Below, piece after piece: positions 19,230 to 29,198 of a stretch of DNA of 52,166 bases. Where the stretch lies: assembly GCA_035559535.1 (NCBI GenBank), contig DATMBG010000011.1, positions 1-52,166 on the forward strand, in the 5' to 3' direction. Both the position numbers and the translations under genes were made by a program. The first letter of the stretch is position 1; each line of letters opens with the position of its first letter. This DNA is from Candidatus Limnocylindrales bacterium. GTDB taxonomy: Bacteria; Moduliflexota; Moduliflexia; Moduliflexales; JAUQPW01. The notes beneath the pieces were generated by a model. That model was not told the DNA's origin. It saw only the letters and a list, made by a program, of their open reading frames with translations, and did not search any database.

Positions 19230-20114
19230 TTATCCTCCAAATCGATTCGATGGCAATCCGGTTACATCAAGTCGTACACAAAATAGATCTCCTGAGTAAA
19301 AGCTCTCCTGAATCTCCGGTTCGCTTAAACCTACCGATGCGGAGGTGACATAGAGCAGATCTCCTTCTTTTCCTCCAAAAACACAACTTGTGGGGCGTTT
19401 TACCGGCATGGGAACCCGTTGAATGAGTCGACCATTGGGCGCAAACCGAAGAATACACCAGCCGTCCCACTGGACGGACCATACACAGCCTTCTGCATCA
19501 ACGGTCAGGCCATCGGGGTAGGAAGGCGCATGGCTTAGATCAACAAAAATACGCCGGCGTGTAATATTTCCCGTTGGAGGGTCGTAGTCATAGGCATAGA
19601 TGATTTTTAAAGGAGAATCGGTATAATAAAAGGTTTTTTGATCCGGACTCCAGCCCAGGCCATTGGAGAGCGTCACATTCTTTTCCATAATGTGTAAACT
19701 TCCATCTGGATCGTAGCGATAAAGGGTCCCCTGACCTTTTTCCAGGGACCGGGACATAGAACCAAACCAGAATCGCCCCTGAGGATCACACTTGCCATCG
19801 TTAAAACGATTGTTGGGTTTATCCCCTTCTACTGTCTGAATAAGGGTAACCTCTCCTGTCAGGGTATCTAAATAAGCCAGGTCATGACGCAGGGTCATGA
19901 TTAACTTTTGGGATCGGGTTAATGCCACACAACTGACCATCTCACCCACCTTAAAAACACGATCCTGTCCCGTTGAAGGGGTAAACTGATGAACCACATG
20001 GTTGTAAATATCCACCCAATATACCCTCTGGGTTTGATCATCCCATACCGGACCCTCTCCCAAACGGGCTCTGGCTTCCAGAACATTTACAATGGGATAG
20101 TTGGTAAGATGCAT
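19230..20114 (-). CDS. SMP-30/gluconolactonase/LRE family protein
   Basis: LGEGPVW, RFNDGKCDPQGRFW, SNGLGWSPD, PDGLTVDAEG. Confidence 0.95.
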   Translation of the reverse strand: MHLTNYPIVNVLEARARLGEGPVWDDQTQRVYWVDIYNHVVHQFTPSTGQDRVFKVGEMVSCVALTRSQKLIMTLRHDLAYLDTLTGEVTLIQTVEGDKPNNRFNDGKCDPQGRFWFGSMSRSLEKGQGTLYRYDPDGSLHIMEKNVTLSNGLGWSPDQKTFYYTDSPLKIIYAYDYDPPTGNITRRRIFVDLSHAPSYPDGLTVDAEGCVWSVQWDGWCILRFAPNGRLIQRVPMPVKRPTSCVFGGKEGDLLYVTSASVGLSEPEIQESFYSGDLFCVRLDVTGLPSNRFGG

Positions 20115-20235
20115 ATTTCCCCTGTTTCTTTATAAGGTTAGATAAAGCCGTTCATCTAAAGTCCAAAACTCCCTACCTTCCTGCTAGAGGACCCCTTAAA
20201 AGGACCCTTTGATCCCGTCTTCTCAGTAAAAGAAA

Positions 20236-20264
20236 ATTATATAGAAAAATGACAGGTTTGTCAA
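20236..20264 (-). promoter_or_regulatory. Consensus sigma70 promoter with TGACA-N4-TGTCA palindrome
   Basis: TTGACA-17 bp-TATAAT on minus strand. Confidence 0.8.
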
Positions 20265-20363
20265 ATGCTATTCAAAACATGAAATCGGATTTTTTATACT
20301 TAAATTTGTAAATTTACAGGGAATGGATAGATAGGCTTACCTCTTTACCCATTTTCTCCTTAC

Positions 20364-21608
20364 TTACTTCCGGGCCTCCAGGCGTCGTAGGGCTTTAATC
20401 CGTTCCAACACAGGTGGATGGGAATAGTTCAAAAAAACATAAAAAGGATGGGGTGTTAAATTGGATAAGTTATGCCTGGAGAGCTTTTTCAAAGCTTGAA
20501 TCATAATCTCAGGCTGATCGGCCGTCTCGACGGCAAAACGATCCGCTTCATATTCGTTTTTGCGAGAGAGCTTTTGCACGAAAATGGAGAGCAGAGTCTC
20601 TAGGGGGGTATAAAGGAGGCCAAAGAAAATGAGTCCGGCATAGAGGGAACGGTGATCCATGTAAAAGGCATCAAAAAGTCCCTGATGACTGATAAAGATA
20701 GAGAGTAAGAAAAATAGCACCCCCATATGTAGGATGCTGAGGATCATCCCTTGCAGGATATGTTTCTTCTTATAGTGACCAATCTCATGGGCTAAAATTG
20801 AGACAAGCTCAGGGACTGTATGGTTTGCGATCAGGGTATCAAATAAGGCAATACGTTTATTTTTACCAAAACCGGTGAAGAAGGCATTGGATTTACTGGA
20901 ACGTCGAGAGCCATCCATAATGAAGATGTCCTGAATCGGAAAATTGACAGAATGGGCATAGGACAGGATCTTCTCCTTTAACTCACCCTCTTCGAGGGGT
21001 TTAAATTTATTAAAAAGCGGCATAATCCACGTCGGCGCAATGAATTGAGTAAACAGGGCAAATCCGGTGGAGACAATCCAACAGTATACCCAAGCGTAGG
21101 ACCCTGCGTATTCAAAGAAAGCCAGTATCCCCGCCAGTAGCGGTCCTCCTAGTACTATGGCAAGGGCTAACCCTTTAAGAATATCGGTCACAAAAGTAGC
21201 CGGAGTCGTTTTATTAAAACCAAAACGTTCCTCAATGACAAAAGTCGAATAGATACTGAAAGGTAACGATAACAACATCTGGAGGAATAACAAGATTCCG
21301 ATATAAACTAAACCGGTCCCTATAGACCCTAACTGCCAGCTTCGAACTATTCCATCCAGGTAATTAAAACCTCCTGCAAACCAAAATATCAGAGTGACCA
21401 TAAGGTCGAAGGTCGATGTAAGAAATCCAAATCGGGTAGTAACCCGTGTGTATTCTTGAGATTTACGATAAGCTTCTGCGTCGTAAATATCTTTGAATTC
21501 GTCCGGTAATTCATCCCGTAAGGCCCTTAGATTCAGAAAATCTGCAAGGAGATCTAAGATGTAATTTATAATGAGTGCCGAAAGAATAATTATTGCGTAA
21601 ATATTCAT
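20364..21608 (-). CDS. M48 family metallopeptidase (Ste24/CAAX protease-like)
   Basis: IEERFGFN, DGSRRSSKSNAFFTG, HEIGH, EYEAD, YSHPP. Confidence 0.95.
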   Translation of the reverse strand: MNIYAIIILSALIINYILDLLADFLNLRALRDELPDEFKDIYDAEAYRKSQEYTRVTTRFGFLTSTFDLMVTLIFWFAGGFNYLDGIVRSWQLGSIGTGLVYIGILLFLQMLLSLPFSIYSTFVIEERFGFNKTTPATFVTDILKGLALAIVLGGPLLAGILAFFEYAGSYAWVYCWIVSTGFALFTQFIAPTWIMPLFNKFKPLEEGELKEKILSYAHSVNFPIQDIFIMDGSRRSSKSNAFFTGFGKNKRIALFDTLIANHTVPELVSILAHEIGHYKKKHILQGMILSILHMGVLFFLLSIFISHQGLFDAFYMDHRSLYAGLIFFGLLYTPLETLLSIFVQKLSRKNEYEADRFAVETADQPEIMIQALKKLSRHNLSNLTPHPFYVFLNYSHPPVLERIKALRRLEARK

Positions 21609-21975
21609 AAAATCCCTTTAAAACCTATTCGATTCAGCTATGGTTATCACAGGTAAGATCGACAGGTAAATCCTGGAGAAGGTCTTTAGTAAGATAGGCT
21701 TTTCTGGAATCCTCGCCGGATGATTTTAACCAACTGTTTTGGACCTGGGGTTTTCAACAGTTTGATAAAATCTTACTTTCTATCCTATCTCATCGTATGA
21801 TAACAATACAACCATCCCGGCTGGAATGTCAAAAAAAATGCTCTTTCTCAAGGGTAATACAAATTTTCACTAAATAAATCCTGTAACCTTGACAGGAGCG
21901 GCAAATCGACCGTTTCTATAACCGGATTTTGGGTGAGCCTGTCTAATCGTATTTGAATAAATTGCATGGGGAAAG

Positions 21976-21992
21976 CGTCTAATTTTTAGACG
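21976..21992. promoter_or_regulatory. Perfect palindrome, candidate sigma54 enhancer (UAS)
   Basis: CGTCTAA-ttt-TTAGACG about 100 bp upstream of the -24 box. Confidence 0.5.
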
Positions 21993-22089
21993 TTATTCCA
22001 TAGGACAATTGCAAGATTTTTGGATAAAAAAACTCAAAAAACAGTATACAACCCGTCAGGAACCGGACTTATCTTAAATGAGAGAAATT

Positions 22090-22106
22090 CTGGCATTAAA
22101 TTTGCC
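22090..22106 (+). promoter_or_regulatory. sigma54 (-24/-12) promoter
   Basis: CTGGCATTAAATTTGC: GG-N10-GC with TGGCA and TTGC. Confidence 0.72.
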
Positions 22107-22116
22107 CTTATAAGTA

Positions 22117-22200
22117 AAGTCAACATTGACCGGATTAAGTGAAAAACTGAGTCCTACCCACTACATACTCTATACGACCGCTTAATCCGGCCAATTTTTC
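22117..22200 (+). ncRNA. Candidate sigma54-dependent small RNA
   Basis: 17-bp stem ATTGACCGGATTAAGTG (22125-22141)/CGCTTAATCCGGCCAAT (22179-22195), 37-nt loop, T-run after; no ORF; ends are estimates. Confidence 0.45.
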
Positions 22201-22440
22201 TACTTAACAGTAGCCTCTCAGAGCCAGGAGAATCGATCTCCCCTTTTCTTTGCCTTCTTTTTTAAAGGCTCCATATAACCTTTTTTATTCCAGGGCTGCT
22301 TTCTCAAGGGTATGATCTTCTACTAACAGAGCGATCTCCCAGGATCGCCCTTAAACTCGAGAAGGGAGAATTTGAGGATTGCCTCTATCTCGACTCCTCC
22401 CTGCCGGGGAAGGGAAGTCGGAGGGGTTAGATTAAAAAAA

Positions 22441-22495
22441 TACCCTTGGAAGGGGGGCGAAACAGGGGGGTGTTTCTTTTTCCACCTGCTAAACG
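22441..22495. repeat. Degenerate right half of the 3942-4104 MITE family
   Basis: ggggggtgtttctttttccacctgctaaa matches the MITE right end. Confidence 0.75.
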
Positions 22496-22718
22496 GTCAT
22501 AACCTTTCAGGACCTCACGAAGCATGAAAATCGTAAGACGATTTTCGTAAGAAATTGATATGGATACTAGAAGGTTATTTTCGTTGACGAGATTATATAA
22601 ATATTCTATATGTTCTATGCTGGGAGGAGGAAAGTAAAGGAAAAAAGGTGGTGATTTTAATACTAAGTATGGAATTCACTTTCCAGAAGTTATGGATTTT
22701 ATCCCTCCCTGAAGGGCC

Positions 22719-22867
22719 GTGGAAGTGTGGGAGTGTGGAAGTAAGGGAGTGTGGAAGTGTTGAAGTATGGAAGTATGGGAGTAGAGGTGGAAATTCTCCT
22801 ACACACCCCCACCTCCACACTTCCACACTCCCTTACTTCCACACCTCCATACGCCCCTACTTCCACA
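22719..22867. repeat. 8-mer tandem repeats forming a long inverted repeat
   Basis: (GTGTGGAA/GTATGGGA)n arm, linker ttctccta, (TTCCACAC)n arm. Confidence 0.88.
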
Positions 22868-22880
22868 GAGAAGACCGAGT

Positions 22881-23930
22881 ATGAAATTTCCAAATAAAAT
22901 GCAGGCCATGGTATTGGAAGCGCCGAAGCAGCCCTTGCAGGCACGGGAAGTACCTGTTCCCCATCCCAACCCGGACCAGGTTTTAGTTCGTGTTCATGCC
23001 TGCGCCGTATGCCGCACCGATTTGCATGTTTTTGAAGGGGAACTTCCCGATCCAAAGCTTCCACTTATTTTAGGTCATGAGATTGTAGGAACGGTTATTC
23101 AAGTGGGGGATCGGGTTGAGCGATTTCGTGTGGGTGACCGAATTGGGATACCCTGGTTGGCATCTACCTGTGGTCGGTGTCGTTACTGCCAACGTGGACA
23201 GGAGAATCTGTGTGATCGTCCACTTTTTACAGGTTATACGGTTGATGGAGGTTATGCCGAATATACGGTTGCCCATCAACGCTATGGGTTTCACTTACCG
23301 GAAACTTATTCCGATGTAGAAGTAGCTCCCCTTCTGTGTGCGGGACTCATCGGATACCGATCCTATCGGCTGGCCGGGCCTAACGTAGAACGGTTGGGAA
23401 TTTATGGATTTGGGGCTGCTGCGCATATTATTCTTCAGATAGCAATATTTCAGGGGAAACAGGTTTATGCCTTTACCCGACCGGGTGATATTCAGGCCCA
23501 GGAGTTTGCTCGCCAGCTTGGGGCTGTCTGGGCCGGCAGTTCCACAGAGTTACCTCCAGAACCGTTGGATGCAGCTATTATTTTTGCCCCGGTGGGCTCC
23601 CTGGTTCCGGCAGCTCTCGCTGCAACGGTTAAGGGGGGAATCGTGGTTTGTGGGGGGATTCATATGAGCGATATTCCTTCTTTTCCGTATCGCCTGCTCT
23701 GGGAAGAGCGGGCTATTCGCTCCGTGGCGAATTTGACCCGCCAGGATGGTGAAGAATTCCTGGCCATCGCTCCGAAGGTACCGGTTAAAACAACGGTACA
23801 GGTATTTCCCCTTCAACAAGCCCAGGATGCCCTGGAGCGCTTGCGACGGGGAGAAGTACATGGGGCTGCCGTGCTTACCCTCTTCGAAGAACCCTCCCAA
23901 AAGATGGAAAACCCGGAGGTAAGATCCTGA
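22881..23930 (+). CDS. Zinc-dependent alcohol dehydrogenase family protein
   Basis: CRTDLH, GHE, CGRCRYC..ENLC, CAGLIGYRS, YGFGAAAH. Confidence 0.95.
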   Translation: MKFPNKMQAMVLEAPKQPLQAREVPVPHPNPDQVLVRVHACAVCRTDLHVFEGELPDPKLPLILGHEIVGTVIQVGDRVERFRVGDRIGIPWLASTCGRCRYCQRGQENLCDRPLFTGYTVDGGYAEYTVAHQRYGFHLPETYSDVEVAPLLCAGLIGYRSYRLAGPNVERLGIYGFGAAAHIILQIAIFQGKQVYAFTRPGDIQAQEFARQLGAVWAGSSTELPPEPLDAAIIFAPVGSLVPAALAATVKGGIVVCGGIHMSDIPSFPYRLLWEERAIRSVANLTRQDGEEFLAIAPKVPVKTTVQVFPLQQAQDALERLRRGEVHGAAVLTLFEEPSQKMENPEVRS

Positions 23931-24033
23931 GGGCCTTGAGGGAACCTCCCTCAAAGGTTAACCTCAACAGATAGGGGTTTTCATTTCTATCTGTTATTTC
24001 TATTCTAATATTAGATAAATTTAGCTATTTTTG

Positions 24034-24062
24034 TTGACTTTATCATAAAATGGTTTTAGTAT
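24034..24062 (+). promoter_or_regulatory. sigma70-type promoter
   Basis: TTGACT-17 bp-TAGTAT. Confidence 0.55.
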
Positions 24063-24268
24063 ATATCTGGCAAGGTAAGTAAAGCACGTAACCTAAGTAA
24101 GATGGATAAGGATCTCTTCCTTAGTAGCTTAAAAGTAGCTTAAAAAATCCTCTCAGTATTTAAACTTGTCTTTTAAGGAATAAATCTAAGCATTAGAAAA
24201 CCAACCCTTGTATCTTCTTCAAGTCGGTGAAAGCCTTATAACCTCTCCCCTTCACCAGGTCTATAAGA

Positions 24269-26428
24269 GTGGATAAAGTAACTCATAAACCCCTTAAAGT
24301 TTTACTATTTGAAGTCAATTCAGAAGACTCTTGTCTACTGCAGGAACTTTTAACAGAACTAGGTACGACTCCATTGGAGTTCATATCTGTGAAACTCTTA
24401 GAGGAGGGATTAGGGCGTCTCACGGCAGAGAATTTTGATGTGGTCCTCGTGGACTTATCCGACAGGTGTAGTTTGGAGGTTGTTACAAGGATACGAGCCG
24501 TTACTTCTTCCGTACCCATCGTACTACTTATAAGTTCCGGTAATCAAGGGCTTGCAGATCAGGCGAGAAGGGCGGATGTAGAAGCTTATCTTTTTAAAGA
24601 GCAGCTAAATCCTGCTCTACTCGTCCATACTCTCCAGTATGCCGTTGAGCTCAGAAGGATAAAAGAAGAGAACGCCCAACTCCTTCTTCAGGTGCAAATT
24701 GCTCAGGCAGAAGCCGAGGCAACACAAAAACAAATAATCAGCCTTCTTGAAGGTGTTACAGAAAAAGAACTTATCAGGGCGAAAGATGAACTGGCACGTC
24801 AACTTGCCGATATGGCCCATCTCTATAAGTTAAGTACACACCTTTCAATGACGATGGAGTTCGACAGGATTCTGGAAGAAGTCATTACCTCGGCAACCAC
24901 CCTGGTAAGCACCAACATGGGGACGCTCCTGCTTTATGATCGTGAAAAAGACGATCTTTATACGGTAGCCAGTGTCGGCTTTACCAATGAATATCTGAAC
25001 TTCGTAAGGCGTATACCTCTGAGTGCCGGAATTTGTGGAAGGACCGTATTAGAGTGTCGGCGATTTATTATTGAAGATATAGAAGCAGATCCCCTCCTTA
25101 CTTCCTATCTTCCAATTGCACGTTTGGGAGGTTATCGGGCTATCTGTAGCACGCCCTTACTTACTCAGAGTGGAGATATCATGGGAGCCATTGTTGTTTA
25201 TTTCCGTGAGCCCCATACTCCTTCAGATCGTGAACTCCATCTGTTGGATTTATATGTCCCTCAAGCCTCCCAGGTCATCCATAATACCAGGCTCTACAGG
25301 GAAATTCGAGAGGAGAACCGGCGCAAAGATGAATTTCTGGCTATATTAGCCCACGAATTAAGGAATCCCCTGGCTCCCATTCGGAATTCTCTGGAGCTTA
25401 TACGCTTGCAAGATCTAGACAATCCAGTTCTCCATCGGTCTATAGAGGTAATAAAACGACAGACCCGGTATATGACCCGACTTCTCGACGATTTATTAGA
25501 TATCTCTCGGATTACGCGTGGTAAAGTTACCCTTCAGAAGGAGATTTTGGATCTGGCGACCGTGGTAAACCGCGCCGTGGAAACCAGTCGTCCTCTTATT
25601 GAAGCCAGGCAACATCAACTCCTGGTCTCTCTACCTGAAGAACCTGTGCAACTGGAGGCAGACCCTCTCCGATTAGAGCAGATATTGGTTAATTTATTGA
25701 ACAATGCGGCTAAATATACAGAACCAGGAGGTCGTATCTGGCTGAGTGCTCATCAAGAAGGGGGAGAAATTGTGCTCCGGGTGAAGGACACGGGGATCGG
25801 TATTTCCCAGGACATGCTCTCTCGGATCTTCGATTTATTCATCCAGGTCGATCAGTCCCTCACTCGGATACAGGGGGGACTTGGAATAGGATTAACGCTG
25901 GTGCGGAGTTTGGTGGAGATGCATGGAGGGAAGGTACAGGCTTTTAGTGCAGGTCTCAGCCAGGGAAGTGAATTTGTCGTACGCCTTCCGGCTCTTAAAA
26001 CCCCTCCAAAGAGTTTATCAGATCCAAAGGGGATTCAGGCAATCCAAAAACCCCTTCGGGTGTTGATTGTGGACGATCATCTGGATACCCTGACTACTTT
26101 AAGGGACGTGGTTACCCTATGGGGATATGAGGTACAGACCGCTCAGGATGGTCCAACTGCCATAGAATTAGCTCTAACCTTTCAGCCCCAGGTAATCCTT
26201 TTAGACCTTTGCTTACCCGGAGTGGACGGTTATGAAGTAGCCCGGCGGCTTCGACAAGAAACAGGCCTGTCTAACGTTGTCCTGATAGCCCTTACGGTAT
26301 ATAAGGAGGAGTTGGTCCAACCTCGTTTTCAAGAAGCCAGATTTGATTATCATTTTGTCAAACCCATCGATTTACCGGCTCTAAGAAAAATACTCTATAC
26401 CCTGGCATCTAATACCCATCCTGATTAA
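24269..26428 (+). CDS. Hybrid histidine kinase (degenerate REC-GAF-HisKA-HATPase-REC)
   Basis: LAHELRNPLAP, NLLNNAAKY, GGLGIGL, C-terminal receiver. Confidence 0.94.
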   Translation: MDKVTHKPLKVLLFEVNSEDSCLLQELLTELGTTPLEFISVKLLEEGLGRLTAENFDVVLVDLSDRCSLEVVTRIRAVTSSVPIVLLISSGNQGLADQARRADVEAYLFKEQLNPALLVHTLQYAVELRRIKEENAQLLLQVQIAQAEAEATQKQIISLLEGVTEKELIRAKDELARQLADMAHLYKLSTHLSMTMEFDRILEEVITSATTLVSTNMGTLLLYDREKDDLYTVASVGFTNEYLNFVRRIPLSAGICGRTVLECRRFIIEDIEADPLLTSYLPIARLGGYRAICSTPLLTQSGDIMGAIVVYFREPHTPSDRELHLLDLYVPQASQVIHNTRLYREIREENRRKDEFLAILAHELRNPLAPIRNSLELIRLQDLDNPVLHRSIEVIKRQTRYMTRLLDDLLDISRITRGKVTLQKEILDLATVVNRAVETSRPLIEARQHQLLVSLPEEPVQLEADPLRLEQILVNLLNNAAKYTEPGGRIWLSAHQEGGEIVLRVKDTGIGISQDMLSRIFDLFIQVDQSLTRIQGGLGIGLTLVRSLVEMHGGKVQAFSAGLSQGSEFVVRLPALKTPPKSLSDPKGIQAIQKPLRVLIVDDHLDTLTTLRDVVTLWGYEVQTAQDGPTAIELALTFQPQVILLDLCLPGVDGYEVARRLRQETGLSNVVLIALTVYKEELVQPRFQEARFDYHFVKPIDLPALRKILYTLASNTHPD

Positions 26429-26672
26429 ACAGGTCGTCAAGTAGGCCCCCTACCCTTCTTCTCTGCATGCGGAGGGAGGAGGAAGGGGACCTCTTCAGGT
26501 ATCTCACTTTTATCCCGGCGCCTACGGGAAGGGGGTGGGGCGGTTTTTATACTTTATATCCCATTTCGATACCGATTGGGTATAGGATGGACTTTTCCAC
26601 TTCTTGCGTACTCAGAAGGGGTTTGTTTTAATTCTTCAGAGAACCAGGTCTCAGAGGCTCTGAGCACCCGGA

Positions 26673-27281
26673 TTAAAAAGAAGATCCAGGCTGGGTGAGA
26701 AACTCCAGCTCTTCTGGAGTCGAAGCCCGGCCAAGAATTTCGTTGCGGTGGGGAAATCGTCCGAATTTCTCGATGATGGCATAATGCCGTATGGCATAAT
26801 CCAGAAAGCTCTCAAAGGGGTTTTTCATGTTGGGTGGAGCTGCCTTTACGAGGCTTTCAAAAGCCTTTACCGATTTCCGTTGAATCTCCAGATCCTCAGC
26901 ATGTTCCATGGGAAGATAAAAAAATACCCGTTCCAGGAGGTCTAGAGCCAGATCTTTACCTCGATCCATACCTCGAAGGCATATTCCGAGGGCCATTTCA
27001 TCCTGGGCAAAAGCTCGGGGTGTATTCCGATAAATGTTACGGGAGAACTGATCCAAAAGGATGATCAGGGCAAGAGTTCCTCGAGGCGTTTCTTCCCAGT
27101 GAGCAAGCTCTCCACTTATCGCCTGTAGCAGGTCCGGCTCGAATTTATCTCGAATGAGTCGGTCGGTTTCTTCCTCTCCACCAAACCAAAGCTTCAAGCG
27201 CTCTTCCAGGTTAATGGTTTGAAGGTCTCCAAACCAAAAATGTAAAATTTCCTCGATCCGATTGGCCGTGGTATTTTCCAT
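26673..27281 (-). CDS. DUF924 family protein
   Basis: ILHFWF, IILLDQFSRN, FYLPMEHAE, FGRFPHRNEILGRAST. Confidence 0.95.
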   Translation of the reverse strand: MENTTANRIEEILHFWFGDLQTINLEERLKLWFGGEEETDRLIRDKFEPDLLQAISGELAHWEETPRGTLALIILLDQFSRNIYRNTPRAFAQDEMALGICLRGMDRGKDLALDLLERVFFYLPMEHAEDLEIQRKSVKAFESLVKAAPPNMKNPFESFLDYAIRHYAIIEKFGRFPHRNEILGRASTPEELEFLTQPGSSF

Positions 27282-27442
27282 TTTTATTTTACTCCTTCCT
27301 ACGTCACCTCAATTCCTATTTCATAGGATAAAGATACGGGTCTTCTGCCGAAGCAGATTTCAAACTGCCTCTACTTCATGAAACACAAAGGGGTAAGAGA
27401 CAGTCCCGTAAGTAGGCGGGACTGTCTCACCGTTGTTAATTT

Positions 27443-29122
27443 CTATTGATCGGTTACACATCCTTCCGAGGCCGAAGAAACAGTTTTGATGAATTTGTAC
27501 AACACCCCTTTGGTTACTTTGTAAGGTGGAGGGCTCCATCTGGCAAGGCGTTGATCGATCACTTCCTGGGGTACTTCCAGGGTAATGGTATTCTGTTCTG
27601 CGTCAATGGTAATACGGTCCCCGTCCTCCACAATAGCAAGAAGGCCACCGGATTGTGCTTCGGGGGTTATATGACCCACCACAAAACCATGGGTACCTCC
27701 GGAAAAACGGCCATCGGTGATGAGGGCGACACTACTTCCCAAACCGGCTCCCATAATAGCACTGGTAATGGACAGCATCTCTCGCATTCCGGGTCCCCCT
27801 TTAGGCCCTTCGTAACGAATGACCACCACATCACCGGCCACTACTTTCCCCTTTTCGATTCCTTCAAGGCAGGCTTCTTCTGAATCGAACACTTTAGCAG
27901 GACCGGAAAAATGGGTACCTTCCTTGCCGGTGATTTTCGCAACAGCTCCTTCCGGGGCCAGATTGCCGTAGAGAATTCGGAGATGGCCGGTTTTCTTGAT
28001 GGGATTGGATAAAGGAAAAATGATTTTCTGGCCTGCGGCGAGGTCAGGGGCATTTTCTAAATTTTCGGCCAGGGTTTTTCCCGTGACTGTCAAGCAATCC
28101 CCATGCAGTAGCCCTTCCTTCAAGAGTAATTTCTGAACCGCAGGTACTCCCCCAACCTGGTATAGATCTTCCATTACATACTTACCGCTGGGTTTCAAGT
28201 CTGCTATATAAGGCGTTCGATAACCAATTTCTTGAAAGTCGGAGAGGCTCAAGGGGACCTCCACTGCCTTGGCGATAGCCATAAGATGGAGCACTGCATT
28301 GGTAGAGCCACCGAGGGCCATTACCATGGTAATGGCATTTTCAAAGGCTTTACGGGTCATGATATCCCGGGGCTTGATGTCTTTCTCCATCAGATTCCGT
28401 ATGGCCGGGCCGACCTGGGAACATTCTCGACGTTTTTCTTCGCTGGTAGCGGGGCTGGAGGAACTAAAAGGGAGGCTCATTCCCATGGTCTCGATGGCAG
28501 CAGCCATGGTGTTGGCTGTGTACATACCTCCACACGCTCCGGGACCCGGACAGGCATATCGAATTACTTTTTTCATTTCTTCTTCGGTTATTTGACCCGC
28601 AACGAACTGGCCGTAGGCTTCAAAAGCCGAAACCAGATCCAGCTTCCTGTTACCGAGAAACCCAGGTCGAATCGTACCCCCGTAAATCATGATACTGGGC
28701 CGGTTTAATCGTCCCATGGCAATCAGCGTACCCGGCATGTTCTTATCGCATCCGGGAATAGAGATGTTGGCATCGTACCATTGGGCTCGCATCACCGTTT
28801 CAATGGAATCTGCAATGATTTCACGGGAAAGCAGCGAATATTTCATCCCTTCGGTCCCCATGGAGATCCCATCGCTGACGCCAATGGTATGAAAAATAAA
28901 TCCAACCAGTCCCGCTTCCTGAACACTGGCCTTAACCAGCCTGGCCAGGTCGTTAAGATGCATATTGCAAGGGTTTCCTTCCCAACCCATGCTGGCAATA
29001 CCAACCTGGGCTTTATCCATATCTGCTTCGGTCAAACCTGTAGCATAGAGCATGGCCTGCGAGCCAACTTGTGACCGCTTTTGGGTTAAAACAGAGCTAT
29101 ATTTATTCAACGGACCGCTCAT
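27443..29122 (-). CDS. ilvD: Dihydroxy-acid dehydratase
   Basis: [47 protein letters not shown]. Confidence 0.97.
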   Translation of the reverse strand: MSGPLNKYSSVLTQKRSQVGSQAMLYATGLTEADMDKAQVGIASMGWEGNPCNMHLNDLARLVKASVQEAGLVGFIFHTIGVSDGISMGTEGMKYSLLSREIIADSIETVMRAQWYDANISIPGCDKNMPGTLIAMGRLNRPSIMIYGGTIRPGFLGNRKLDLVSAFEAYGQFVAGQITEEEMKKVIRYACPGPGACGGMYTANTMAAAIETMGMSLPFSSSSPATSEEKRRECSQVGPAIRNLMEKDIKPRDIMTRKAFENAITMVMALGGSTNAVLHLMAIAKAVEVPLSLSDFQEIGYRTPYIADLKPSGKYVMEDLYQVGGVPAVQKLLLKEGLLHGDCLTVTGKTLAENLENAPDLAAGQKIIFPLSNPIKKTGHLRILYGNLAPEGAVAKITGKEGTHFSGPAKVFDSEEACLEGIEKGKVVAGDVVVIRYEGPKGGPGMREMLSITSAIMGAGLGSSVALITDGRFSGGTHGFVVGHITPEAQSGGLLAIVEDGDRITIDAEQNTITLEVPQEVIDQRLARWSPPPYKVTKGVLYKFIKTVSSASEGCVTDQ

Positions 29123-29172
29123 TACTGACCTCCTTAAAGTTTTTTATTTATTTATGGGATTCCCTCCTGCAA

Positions 29173-29198
29173 AGGAGCGTACGGCCGTACGCCCGTAC
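29173..29198. repeat. REP-like palindrome
   Basis: gagcgtacggccgtacgccc followed by gtac. Confidence 0.55.

Noticed and set aside
22593-23064. ORFs 22593-22826, 22648-22884, 22699-23064 (also 10118-10434)
   Set aside because: Translations of the 8-mer repeat arrays
24034-24046. FNR/CRP box TTGAC-TTT-ATCAT
   Set aside because: Spacer one base short; better explained as a -35 element
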